A DNA stretch of 64,000 nt from Octopus sinensis. Taxonomy: Eukaryota. This document shows positions 11,239 through 23,099 of this stretch, in pieces. Made by a program: the position numbers and the translations under genes. Every line of letters begins with the position of its first letter. The stretch's first letter is position 1. Below the pieces are notes generated by a model, which did not search any database, was not told where the DNA came from, and saw nothing but the letters and a program-made list of their open reading frames with translations. The stretch covers positions 31,124,001-31,188,000 of the forward strand of contig NC_043001.1 of assembly GCF_006345805.1 (NCBI RefSeq), given 5' to 3'.

Positions 11239-12151
11239 TAACAGCTTTTATCATTTTAATTATTTTCGGGGTAGTTTTTGTGGACTTTTTATGTCCTTAA
11301 AGGCATAATAGTTAACGTTGGCGTTTGATTCTATAATACTCATGTATTATCTGTGTTTTGTTAAATCTAATTTTGTTTATTTGAATCTTTTTGGTGGCAG
11401 TAAGGATTTTAAATAGTAATGACGGCTTAACATCTTAATGATTACAATTTGAAGTTTGTGAGAGCGTGCACGTGTATATCTGTATATGTGTTTATAAGTA
11501 TATGGCATGTGTCTATACGAGCGTAATTGTACGTGTGCGTGAAGATAATGTTGATCTATGAGAAGATCTCTGACAAGCGTTTCTCACAAAGCCTCTTCAT
11601 TTCATCTCCTCTTTTCTTCTACAATCTAACGTCACCTAAAATTTTACCAATGCCTACTAAAGACATCAATTAAAGAGTTGACAGAAGATGTTTAAATTTT
11701 TGACGAACAAAATATAGTAAATAGACACTTGAAGTAGTGTTTAGTTGTACGTTTTATAATGCAAGATAGCAACACTAGCCAGTAAAAACAAAAGGAATTA
11801 ACATCTTTTTTCTTGATATTAAATATATCTTAATGCGTAAGTGTTTTCTTTTCTAGCCTCAGGTTAGTCTATAACCATCTGAGGGGAATTTAATAGAAAG
11901 GAAATTTGCAAAAGCCTTTCGTATACACATGCACACAAACACATATCACTTGTGAGTGCTATTGGTAACATGAAATCCAGTGCAACAAGTTGAACAGTCA
12001 GGTGGTCGGTGACTAAGCCGGCAATTCATCAGGCTAGTCTGATGAGGAGAAACCCAGCAGAACAATAACAAGACCTATCAAAAGGATGGATAAACTCAGT
12101 ATAATAATAATAATAATAATAATATAATAATAATAATAATAATAATAATAA

Positions 12152-12755
12152 AACATTGTGTACAGTGCTCAGGTGCACTACAACTCATCTAAAGTGTATA
12201 TATAATCAAGTGTAGTTTCGGCGGATTTCGGAAAGCATGAGGGCCTTAAAGGATGCAGTGTCATGGCAGTCAACAACTGACGCATGCAGTTTGTTCCATG
12301 CTTCAGCAACTCTGAGCGTGAAAAAATGTTTCCGAAAGTCATGGGAGCTGTGCTGTTTTCTAACTTTGTAGGCATGTGTTGGACACATGGAGATCAAAAA
12401 GGTGTTCAGTGTTGTTGTTGGTGAGGTGGTTGATAACTTTGTGGGTGTTTACCAATCCGACGCCAGACGCCGGAGCTTCAGTGAATCCATGCCCAGGGAA
12501 ACAAGGCGCTCAGAGTATGGTAGGTGTCTGATGGAGGGTATGCGTTTGGTTGCACGTCTCTGAACAGATTCCAGGAGAACAATGTTCTGAGCAAGATAGG
12601 GGTTCCAAACTGATGATGCGAATTCCAACGACTATATAGTAATGGTGAGTTATGGCATAGAAATAACCAGAGATGATGATGATGACTAAGAGTGATGGTT
12701 AGACTTGTTCTCTTTAGTTGGGCCAAAAGCATCTTAATTTGTAAAAAAAAAAACA
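12152..12755 (-). mobile_element. 3' end of a CR1/L2-group LINE
   Basis: YKVRKQHSSHDFRKHFFTLRVAEAWNKL matches the CR1 C-terminal R-x-x-FF-x-x-RV-x-x-x-WN-x-L motif, followed by a (TTA)n tail. Confidence 0.8.
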
Positions 12756-12968
12756 CTTTTAAAAATCATGGTAGATCAAGCCAATAAAACCTTTTATCTA
12801 TAACCTTTTGTAATGCTTGTAATAACCATTGCCTGTAGTGTTTGTTTTGTTTATAGTGGCCAAGTAAAAGTTGTGTAGTTCAAGTCAATAGTTTCCTTTT
12901 CGACGGATATCAGACATCTTGTCCGTGCACAGGTATTGCTTCATAACTTAGTTGCCATTTCACAGCTA

Positions 12969-13538
12969 GGATCTTTACTTTTTGACCTACAGATTTAAAA
13001 AATTATTTTTTGTGACTAAACACTTTCAAATTTCGGGCACTGGTAGAGTGTGTCATATAAAACACGTCTTACTCTTAGCATTTTTGAGAAAAATTTATAT
13101 TTACGAAGTAATTTCATGTTAACGTAGACCTATTTCGGTAATTTCAACCAATCAATGACGTGTATTCAGCTGAATAAAATTACTTCCGTTGTTTGTCAAC
13201 AACAACTATCGGCGGTGTATTTTTCGTTTGTCACTGACATCGTTCTTTTGTACTGGTTTTAGATTTAAGGTTTTAGGGTTAGGGTTTTAGAGTTAGCATT
13301 AAGGTTTTAGGGTTAGGGTTACAGTTTTAGGGTTAGGATTGTCATAAATAACAGTGACAAACGAAAAATACACCACCGGAAGTTCTTGTTGTCAAACAAC
13401 GGCATTAATTTTATTCAGCTGAATACACGTCATTGATTGGTTGAAATTACCGAAATAAGACAACCAGTGTCCGAAGTTTGAAAGTGTTTAGTTACAAAAA
13501 ATTATTTTTTAAATCTGTAGGTCAAAAGATAAAGATCC
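12969..13538. mobile_element. Foldback MITE (570 bp) with GGATCTTT...AAAGATCC termini, 8-bp TSD and TTAGGG-like core
   Basis: TSD CACAGCTA at 12961-12968 and 13539-13546. Long inverted arms (the right arm lacks ~90 bp). Core ttagggttagggtttt at ~13260-13338. An 8-bp TSD fits the hAT or P superfamilies. Confidence 0.9.
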
Positions 13539-13749
13539 CACAGCTATTTGACTGAGACCCATTAATAGGTCTCAAACACACGCTCTGTTATGTTTGGATT
13601 AACGGTGCCGTTTAGACGTGTCTTGCTCGCATCAACTTTGGTCATCTGGTTTCACTCACCGGTGCTTATACAGTGGCGCAACAGAACTCTGCACTACCTA
13701 GTTATTTGGCTTTATATGGGTAGTGCTCCCTTGTGTCGGGGTGTCATTA

Positions 13750-14255
13750 CGTATTAGCGGTTCGTGCCGGGAGATGCACGTCATTGCCACTCACTTGCTC
13801 CTCACGGTCATGTAAGCTATTCAACCGATTCGCATGATTATTTCCGAATGAGCTCTTTTTATCGATTGCTTATGGAACCAGTACGAATTTTTAGCCGATT
13901 TTCAATACGCATACACTTTCCATGTACGCTTGTATGAATGTACATACGTACGTATTATTATTATTATTATTGTTTTTTTTTTGTATTATTTTTGTATTTA
14001 TATTCGCGTAACATCGTCCGTTTTTCCGTCTTTGTTTCGTATACATTCGATCCTTTTTCCAATGAATCTAATGCTCTTTGCTTAGTTTTTCCTTGGGGCT
14101 GGCCAGATTGGAGCAATCTCAAGATTAATCAGCCGAAATTGCGAGGATGATCCGGCTCTTGACTGAAGATTAAAGGCTTCGAATGACCCGTCCGTGTTTT
14201 TTGTATCGTCTATCTGGATGTTTTGCGTTCTTGTCCCATTTTGTATTTTTTATAT
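13750..14255 (+). mobile_element. Probable Penelope-like terminal repeat fragment
   Basis: Composition and ending (ctgaagattaaaggcttcgaatg...tttgcgttcttgtcccattttg, then (TA)n) resemble the other PLE-like ends in the window. No coding motif. Confidence 0.35.
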
Positions 14256-14308
14256 ATATATATATACATACGTGCATATATACATACATGCATACATACG
14301 CACACACA

Positions 14309-14350
<42 letters not shown>

Positions 14351-15354
14351 ACAGACACACACTCACACACACAAACGTGTTATCAGTTTAAATATGTTAG
14401 AAGCATATTCGAACCCGCATTTTGTCACGGAGAAATTTTCTCGGTGTAGGTAGACAGATTTAAACACATTACTGCTTAGTACTTTCATTCCGTGTAATCT
14501 ATATATATATATAGAGAAAGAAAGAGAGAGAGAGAGAGAGAAAGAGAGAGAGCTTAAAACGTATACACTCCATCGTATCACGATATATACTGTATACATG
14601 TTGTCGGTTCCGCTAAATTGTACGTTGGATAATTGAATTAGTTGGGTTGATAGTACAACTTTTCGAAATAACCAAACCGTTTATCATCGAATCTACATAA
14701 AATCGACCAATAAATTGCTTATGCAAATAATGTAATTTCGGTTAATTTCACAAGATATTTTCCGATTTTTTTTCTTTTTTTAAATGGCAAAATGTAACAT
14801 AAAATTAAACATTAAATTGGTTTCATCTCATAAATTTAAATAGCAGTAGTCACTGCATCACTGCATTTATAAACAACTGATGCTAAAAGAATCAAATGCA
14901 CCATTTCAATCAATTAAAGATTATTGAAATTCAGACACCAGTGTAATTTCCAATTTTACCTTTAATTTTGTAATAAAATACTTCAATAAATAAATCTATA
15001 ATGTAGATAAAATTTTCTAAAATTACAGCTTTGTATCAAACTCTGAATTGTCGTGATTTTATTTTCATTATCGACTAAATTAGTACGGAACTGACATGAA
15101 TAATTTCTTTTTCTTAAACCAAATGGCACTAGTTGTTATCAATGAGCAATTTAAAGTGTCCGAAACTCATTGAAGGGACATATATGGTAAAGCATGAGTA
15201 ATTAAATAATATCAAGGGGAATTGAAAAACCTCGTTATCAGACAAAAGCATGCAGATACATACAATTCTATCTAATATAGGCACAAGGTCTGACATTTTG
15301 AAGAAGGGGACTAGTCGATTACATCAACCCTGGTGCTCGACTGGTATTTATTTT

Positions 15355-15764
15355 GGATCTTTTCGGTTTGAACGGCAGTTTTTTCTAGCGGTGTCATATG
15401 AAATTGTCACCCATAATTATGACCATAGAATCGATCTATTGCATTTCAATCTCTTTTAGGGTTAGGTGTGGGGGAAGGGTATCTTTGTTTCTTCACAAAG
15501 GTAAATAAACCCAATCTGTTTCTTAAACGAGGGACATATTCATACGGTACAGAATGCTTTTTAACTTAATAGACGTCACTGATTGGTTGAAATTGCAGAA
15601 ACTGAAGAAAAAAAAACAATAAATATCTTACAAACCATAGAATTTTCTCAATAAAGCCAAGAGAAAAAGATGTTTATAAACACATTCTACCAGTGTACGA
15701 AGTTTAAATTTTTTTAGTTACCTAGAAATTATGTTAAAAACTGCCGTTCAAATCGAAAAGATCC
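15355..15764. mobile_element. Related GGATCTTT-ended MITE (410 bp) inserted into a family A SINE
   Basis: TIR ggatcttttcggtttgaacggcagttttt / aaaaactgccgttcaaatcgaaaagatcc. TSD TTTATTTT at 15347-15354 and 15765-15772. The SINE sequence resumes on both sides. Contains ttagggttagg. Confidence 0.9.
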
Positions 15765-16297
15765 TTTATTTTATCGACCCCAGCTGAATTTGAACTCAGA
15801 AGGTAAAGACGAACGAAATGGTGTTCACCATTTCGAGGTCAATAAAAGAAAACAAAAGTGAAGGAATCGAGGGTGGTGGGTTGGCAGATCGAATGCGTGT
15901 GGTATCTGTCCCAATTATTTGCGCTCTGAGTTCAAGATTGCGGTTTTGAGAATATCTTTTTTGTTTTCTCTTCTCCCCACCCTATCAGTTTCTGAGTCCC
16001 TGTACAGGGTCACATACATTGTCTTCCCTCCTGGTTATAAGACAATAGGGGTGGGGTGGGGGGAACAACACAAATTAACGGACGACAGTTCGTAAAATAT
16101 TACTATGTTATGTTTAAGTTATTTTGAATGTCTTTTCGTTTGTAACACTGGCAAACGAACGAACAAGCCTCTGCATACAGTTTTCTGATATGCAGTCAAA
16201 CAGTTATCAAAACAACAAATACTCCTTTATTCGTTCCAGTCTCTGGTCTTTGATTCATGGTGTAACAAAACTATAGCTAATATATTTAACTCTCATG

Positions 16298-16516
16298 AGG
16301 CGGCGAGAATCGTTAGCACACTGGGCGAAATGCGTAGCCGTATTTCGTCTGCCGTTACGTTCTGAGTTCAAATTCCACCGAAGTCGACTTTGCCTTTCAT
16401 CCTTTCGGGGTCGATTAATTAAGTACCAGTTACGCACTGTAATCGACTTAATATCTATGTCTGTCCTTGATTGTCCCCTCTATGTTTAGCCCCTTGTAGG
16501 TAACAAAGAAACATAT
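16298..16516 (+). mobile_element. SINE family A
   Basis: Head, B-box, central domain and aaagaaa tail. Confidence 0.9.
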
Positions 16517-16757
16517 ATTTAACTTACATTAGGTCAATCTACTTTACTTCAAGCAGAATAGCTACTACAGAATAGTAAGACATAAGTGTTTCTCCAGGAA
16601 AACAATAGTAAATAAGATCACTACAGAAGAATTTCTACAACTATTTTAATTACTATATTTAACAACAAGTGCATTATCGTCTTCCTCCGCCACCCTCATC
16701 ACAAGTAGGTCTTCAAGAAGAAAAAAAAAGCAGTACTTTTCATATGATGTTACTTAC

Positions 16758-16825
16758 TTAATAAGGCAAGTATATTGAGTAGTTGTCCGAATACGCAGCT
16801 CTCTGGAGGGTATGTCCCAGTGTCA
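16758..16825 (-). CDS. DRAM2: DRAM-family gene, coding exon 3 (DTGTYPPESCVFGQLLNILALL-I)
   Basis: ttctttgcag|T GAC ACT GGG ... TTA TTA A|gtaagt; 68 nt, phase 2-1. Encodes the diagnostic SDTG-x2-PPESC-x-FGQ-x-LN motif. Confidence 0.95.
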
Positions 16826-17207
16826 CTGCAAAGAAGAATAGACGTAGAATGAGGAGTTGGAACTAAAATATATTATATTGAATCACTCATTAAGGCACGA
16901 ATATAAGAATTAATAGTTAGGGCGTTGGAATCAAGATCATCATAAATTCGATTTCAGGTCCGGGTGATGCTAGTCCTTCAACAAGGTATTTCATTCCAAG
17001 CTGTTCCACTCAAATTAGCTGAAAAAGAGTATCAGCAACAGCTAGAGGAATTGCCATGCAATGCCTGGCGCCCCTGTTCAAGGGGAAAAGCTTACACAAC
17101 CAGTGGCTGAAATCGATGAATCAGAGATTCCATGAATCCACGATTACGTAAATCCGAGTAGTGAGCCTGTTACCTTGATATATATGTGTGTGTAGATACA
17201 TACATAC

Positions 17208-17241
<34 letters not shown>

Positions 17242-17276
17242 CACATACGCACACACACACACACACACACACACAC

Positions 17277-17339
<63 letters not shown>

Positions 17340-18221
17340 GCTGATATCGAACAGTGAGAACGAGTGATCATTGGTGGATGAGATTCTTTACAATTGTTCG
17401 AGCGTACCATGCGGGAACGTTGGTACTAGTCTCCATGTGTGTGCATGAGTGTGGTATCTTTGTATTTGTTCTTCACTTCCACTTGACAATCAGTGATGGT
17501 AATTTTACGTCTCCGTAAATAAGCATAATTGCTGGAACCGATATGTTCAACTAAAACCTTCAAGGCGGTGCCACAGCACGGCTGCAGTCCAATGAGTGAA
17601 AGAAGTAAAAGGTAAAAGACAAACGTGTATTTCAAGGGAGAGAGAGAGAGAGTGTGTGTTGTGTGTGTGTGTGTGTGTGTGTAGAGGGGGTGGGTTTGTT
17701 GAATTCTCAGTCGGTCAGGTGAGACTATGTAATTAAGAAGGCACCTGAAGCCGGTCATGGAATCAGTTAAACGAACCGTTGTGTTCGTATTGACTGATAA
17801 ACTTCCGAAATCGCCAACTCATTTCAATTATCGACATTAAGCCACTTTCCTCCACTTAAGACGTTCATGTCCAAGCGAAAGATATAAACGTCACGCAATC
17901 TCATATATAAATTTGTGATTTTATGATTAAGTAGGAAATCAATTAAATATAATTGCAATAAGACGCAAAATTAATTTACCAGTCTGATTAAATATGTCCT
18001 GTTTGCCAAGATTTGATTTATCACATCAGTTTATCTCAGCTGAACTTAAAGACAAGCCCAACATTCTGAGTAACACTCGCTAATAGAAACGCCATTTTTG
18101 TTTCATTTAGAGCGAAATTCCCGTTTATGGTGTCCAGTTTCTTCGTTCTACATTCTAAGATAGAATCTCAATTGAGTCGAGCTCGCTTTTCCTCCTGAGT
18201 CGTTAGAAGTCACGAATTGTT

Positions 18222-18412
18222 GCCCCTTGTGGGTAGTAAAGAAATATGTATTTCGTCTGACTTTACGTTCTGAGTTCAAATTCACCCGAGGTTGACTTTG
18301 CCTTTCATCCTTTCAGGGTCGATAAATTAAGTACCAGTTGCGTACTGGGATCGATGTAATCGACTGGCCCCCTCCCTCAAAATTTCAGGCCTTGTGCCTA
18401 GAGTAGAAAGTA
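18222..18412 (+). mobile_element. SINE family A, tail-to-body junction form
   Basis: ccccttgtgggtagtaaagaaata-tg-tatttcgtctg...gagttcaaattc. Confidence 0.85.
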
Positions 18413-18943
18413 TATCTGTATGTATGTTGTCAATTTAATGTCGTGCTCGATCGAGTATAGAGGATAGCTATAACAGCTTTAACCAGAAATATTCCCGCTT
18501 CGCCATTCCTGTCCATTTTAGATAGCGTATCTATGGCATTATCCAACATGTACTTCCTTCTTTTTAAGAATATAGGAGTGTAACTTGAAGGGAAACTTTA
18601 CTCTTATTTTTAACAAGTTGAGCGACCAAGTAGAAGCTTACTAGCTGGCGCTTCAGTGCATGTAGAGATACTTCAAACACGTGTGTGTATATGTGCATAT
18701 GTGTGTGTGAGTGAGCTTTTGCGCGTATCTGTTTGAGTGTGTTTGTGCGTGTGTGTATGCGTGTGTGTATGCGTGTGCGTGCTTGCACGTATACGAGAGC
18801 GCACGTGTGCTCAATTATTTTTATGGGGAAAGAATGTATGCATGCATGCAAGTATATACGTATGCATATATACATATGCGTATATGTATGTATAATATAC
18901 ATATATATACATATGTATGTATTATATATATATATATATATAA

Positions 18944-19022
<79 letters not shown>

Positions 19023-19285
19023 TATATATATATATATAATAACAAAATAATAAATAAAACATATGCATATATACATACATATATGTACGTACCTACATCT
19101 ATATGTATATATACATGCATATATGGGTACAGGACACCAAAGAAACGTCGAACACAATGAGAAAAGAAAACAAAAACAAAACCATGGAAACGGACATTTT
19201 TTTAACAACGAAAAAACAGTACAAGACATACAACACAAGGAAAATTCCCCTTCTTCAGCCGCCCCTGCTTCGTCTACTCCCGCAC

Positions 19286-20452
19286 CCCGCCCAATGGACG
19301 GTGTTGAGTTGTCAAACATTTAAACCAAATTTTCTCAAAACATCTTGTCCGACCGTCCCATAGGCCTCCCTTTTGAGAAACACTGATTTAACCTAAATTT
19401 GAGACACCAGCAAAAGAAGAAATAAAAAGAGACTTTTTTTCTATTCCAAAGAAAAACGATTTTATTCGCACAAATATGCAACCGAAGAAAGAACATTTCA
19501 TGAGCAAGTAAAGACATTAAAGGTTGTCAAGATTAATGTCAACACAAAAAGGCAAGGTGTACATATTTTAAATGTAAATGCTATGCAATTGAACTTCAAC
19601 TTTAGGGAAATAACTGTCTTCTCGCCGTAAAAACACCAATACCTTTGAAACAATAACACAATTATAATTAAAAATGCAAAAGTATCACATTTTCATTAAA
19701 AAAAAAACTGGTCAATTGCAGGTTAATTGTGTACGTTTAGAGAATGCAAATATTGCACGATTAAGAAGCAAGCAAATAGTCTTTTGTTTCTTAAATTGAA
19801 GTATTTTGACTACATTCACCTTGAAATAAAGCTCAAACAATCTTGATTGAATACAGTAATGGTTTTCTTTCACTAAAAAACACACTTTTTTGGCTTAAAG
19901 CTGTAAGGCAACAAAACTCATTTATTAGCAAGAAAATGGTATTTTCTTCTTTGAATAAAAAGCAATCAGTGTTTGCTTTTCATTAAAAAATAATTAAGCA
20001 TGCCTTTATTTCAATAAAATGTTTGGTTTTGTTAAACAACCGAGTTAAGGCAAAAAAAAAAACTTCTTGAAAAACCAAATAGTCTTTCCTTCCTTCATGC
20101 CAAGTTTGAAGAAAATATAACTTTGCATCTTACTTTTTTGGTTTCTTAAATATACTGCATTTTGTGGCATTATTTCAAGCCATCCGGCTTTTTTTGCACA
20201 AACTGCACGTGCATTTTTCTCGCGTGCGCGTAGTACCGATCGCAACCGCTGATGTACTTGCGCGTACAAATGCACGTTCCCAAGGCTTTATCGATCGCAT
20301 TTTCACTTGGAATCGATTTATGTAATTTTTCCAAGACTTATACACGCCCTGATACCGTCGGTATCTACATATCAAATTTGAGCGCAATCGGATGGAAGAT
20401 GCCCGAGATCCTAGAAGACACACACAGATAGACAGAACGGATTTTATATAAT
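19286..20452 (-). mobile_element. Non-autonomous Helitron-like element, long form
   Basis: Both ends are homologous to the 46353-46722 element (ccaatggacggtg...ttgagacaccag at the left end; ctgatgtacttgcgcgtac...acggattttatataata at the right end), with ~800 bp of extra AT-rich interior. Confidence 0.7.
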
Positions 20453-20455
20453 ATA

Positions 20456-20497
<42 letters not shown>

Positions 20498-20924
20498 AAA
20501 ACATATATAAGTTGTTACATTTATTTATTTCTGGTATATGCATTGTTGTGATAAACGGGTGTTTAAAGAAGCCTTCATATATATACAGAACATATTCTTT
20601 TTGCTGGGGTTTCAAATGTTTCCTTTACTATTTTTTGCATATATATATATTTTGGATTGCTTAAATGTCAACATAGTGAAGGTCTACATCTCTCTAAAAG
20701 AGAGATCTGACCCTTATGTAGAAAGAAGAGATCAGAGGAAAGAAAGAGAGAGAGGGCCAGACAAAAACAGAGAAAGGTATTATATCATTGTGTGTGTGTA
20801 TAAGCGGTGCAAATCAAGTGGTGAATATTAATTCGGATGTGTTATTTTAAGCATACATGGCATTTCAAATAGGCTGTGTGTGAGTGTGCCTGAGAATGAT
20901 GGGTTTACATTGGTATATGTTTAA

Positions 20925-21571
20925 GGCGGCGAGCTGGGAGAAACGTTAGTACGCCGGGCGAAATGCGTAGCCGTATTGCGCCTGCCGTTACATTCTTAGT
21001 TCAAATTCCGCCGAGGTCGACTTTGCCTTTCATCCTTTCGTGGTCGATTAAATAAGTACCAGTTACGCACTGGGGTCGATTTAATCGACTTAATCCGTTT
21101 GTCCCCTCTGTGTGTAGCCTCTTGTGGGCAGTAAAGAAATAAGAAATAAGAAATAAGGTACCACGCAGTGGCACTGAACTCAGGGTCATGTGATTAGAAA
21201 GCAAAGCTTCTTACCACACAATCACGGAGTGCGCACGCCATGTATGTGTGTGCGTGTGTGTATGTATATGCGTAGGAGTTAGCTGAAAGGTAAAGCTGAC
21301 CTCGGCGAAATTTGAACTTAGAACGTAGCAGCAGACGAAATACCAATTTCTTTACTACCCAATGGAGGCTACACGCAGAGAGGACAAACAAGGACAGACA
21401 AACGGATTGAGTCGATTATATCGACCCCAGTGCGTAACTGGTACCTAATTTATCGACCCCGAAAGGATGAAAGCAAAGTCGACCTCGGCGGAATTTGAAC
21501 CCAGAACTTAGCGGCAGACGAAATACCGCTAAGCATTTGCCCGGCGCGCTAACGTTTCTGCCAGCTCGCCG
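20925..21571. mobile_element. SINE cluster: family A (+, 20925-21156), inverted family B head (21157-21225), family A dimer (-, ~21285-21571)
   Basis: Family consensus motifs in both orientations; (AGAAATA)n tail at 21136-21156. Confidence 0.85.
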
Positions 21572-21633
21572 TCTTGGAACCGAGAGAAATAATAGCAAGA
21601 TAAAACAATGATAATAGAAATATAAAACAATGT

Positions 21634-21722
21634 GGGCAGTTTAGCTTAATGGTTCAGAGCATCGCGACGCGTAATCACGGAGGTGTGAGTTCGAGTCTCA
21701 TAGCCGGCCGCCAACACTTTTA
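21634..21722 (+). pseudogene. tRNA-like sequence (pseudo-tRNA or solo SINE head) ending in GCCA, then oligo-T
   Basis: TAGCTTAATGG A-box, D-stem gctt/gagc, T-arm GTGAG-TTCGAGT-CTCAT, mismatched acceptor stem, 9-nt anticodon loop, CCA at 21711-21713, T5 at 21718-21722. Confidence 0.6.
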
Positions 21723-21727
21723 AAATA

Positions 21728-22148
21728 TAGGCGTAGGAGTGGCTGTGTTAAGTAGCTTGCTTACTAACCACATGGTTCCGGATTCAGTCCCACTGCGTGG
21801 CACCTTGAGCAAGTGTCTTCTACTATAGCTACAGGCCGACCAAAGCATTGTGAGCGGATTTAGTAGACGGAAACTGAAAGAAGCCCGTCGTATATATGTA
21901 TATATATATATGTACGTGTGTATATATGTTTGTGTATCTGTGTTTGCCCAACACCCCACCCGCCCCTAACATCGCTTGACAACCGATGCTGGTGTGTTTA
22001 CGTCGCCGTAACTTAGCGGTTCGGCAAAAGAGACCGATAGAATAAGCACTAGGCTTACAAAGAATAAGTCCTGGTGTCGATTTGCTCGGCTAAAGGCGGT
22101 GCTCCAGCATGGCCGCAGTCAAATGACTGAAACAAGTAAAAGAGTAAA
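21728..22148 (+). mobile_element. SINE family B, full-length
   Basis: Head, CORE-like domain, internal TA/TG microsatellite and the 3' part aaggcggtgctccagcatggccgcagtcaaatgactgaaacaagtaaaaga. Confidence 0.9.
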
Positions 22149-22499
22149 TAAGAGAAGGAAGTAAATGGGGAGAGAGAAAAATGTGAGAGTGTGTGCGCGC
22201 GTGCGTGTGTGTTTACGTGTGTCAATGTACGAGTTTGTATGTGTTTTTGTGTGTGTGAGTGGGAGACAAACTTTATGATAAGCATAAGCAATACATTTAG
22301 GTAAGTAGATTAAGATGAAATTATTGATTAATATCGATCTTTCCTCGCTGATATGAATGGCGTTTAATTGAAGAATGATAAAACTATTTCTTCGCATGTG
22401 TTATTTGTGTATGTGGGTTTATGTGTGTGTGTGTGTGTGTGCATATGTGCGTGTGTGTATGTGGGTGGGTGTATTTGTGTATATATATATATATATGTG

Positions 22500-23065
22500 C
22501 GTGTGTATACGTCCAGACCCCGCATACGCACTTATACTCTCTCACACACACACACACCTATACATACCAATACGTACTAATACATACTAATACATACTAA
22601 TACATACACCAACCCCATACATACGCACGTCCAGACCAATCCTACGCACTAATACTCTCTCATACACACACACACACACACACACACACCCTTATACATA
22701 CTAATACATACACCAACCCTATACATACACACATCCAGACCCCTCCCACGCACTTTTAGCTGGTCCCTCAACCCGTTTATCAACCCTATTATCTCCCCTT
22801 ATTCGCTCTCGCGTCTCATGTTTGATCTTTGACCTCTGGCCGAAATCAGATCGCCATGTTGATTCGTTAGCTACTGCACGCATTTTTTTTCTCTCCTTCT
22901 TTCTGTGTTTTTCTCTCTCTCTGTGATCTTTCTGTTGAAGAGCGTAGGCTCGAAACGTTAAAGACTTGTTTTATTTATATTTCCTGAGCGCCATACTAAT
23001 ACAATTGTTCGTTTGTTTTCCACCTGCCTTCGTCTTTTGTTTATTTTCATAAAGCTTCCCGTTAT
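22500..23065 (+). mobile_element. Penelope-like non-autonomous element/terminal repeat with ~115-bp internal tandem units and a hammerhead-like motif
   Basis: gtccagacc...acgcact repeats about three times. Motif tcttt-CTGTTGA-agagcgtaggctc-GAAA-cgtt-aaaga at 22927-22964. Homologous copy in reverse at ~26920-27110. Confidence 0.55.
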
Positions 23066-23099
23066 ATATATATATATATATATGTGTGTGTATAAAATA

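Noticed and set aside
12605-12630. CTGATGA-tgc-GAAT
   Set aside because: It lies antisense within CR1 coding sequence, has no GAAA and no stems; chance match.
13260-13338. True telomere or chromosome-fusion scar
   Set aside because: The repeats are short, degenerate and enclosed in a TSD-flanked MITE.
18564-19319. Longest ORF in the track (251 aa) and the many YI/HT/CV/MYVC-rich ORFs
   Set aside because: These are translations of (TA)n, (CA)n and (TACA)n microsatellites, which lack stops in some frames. No protein motif.
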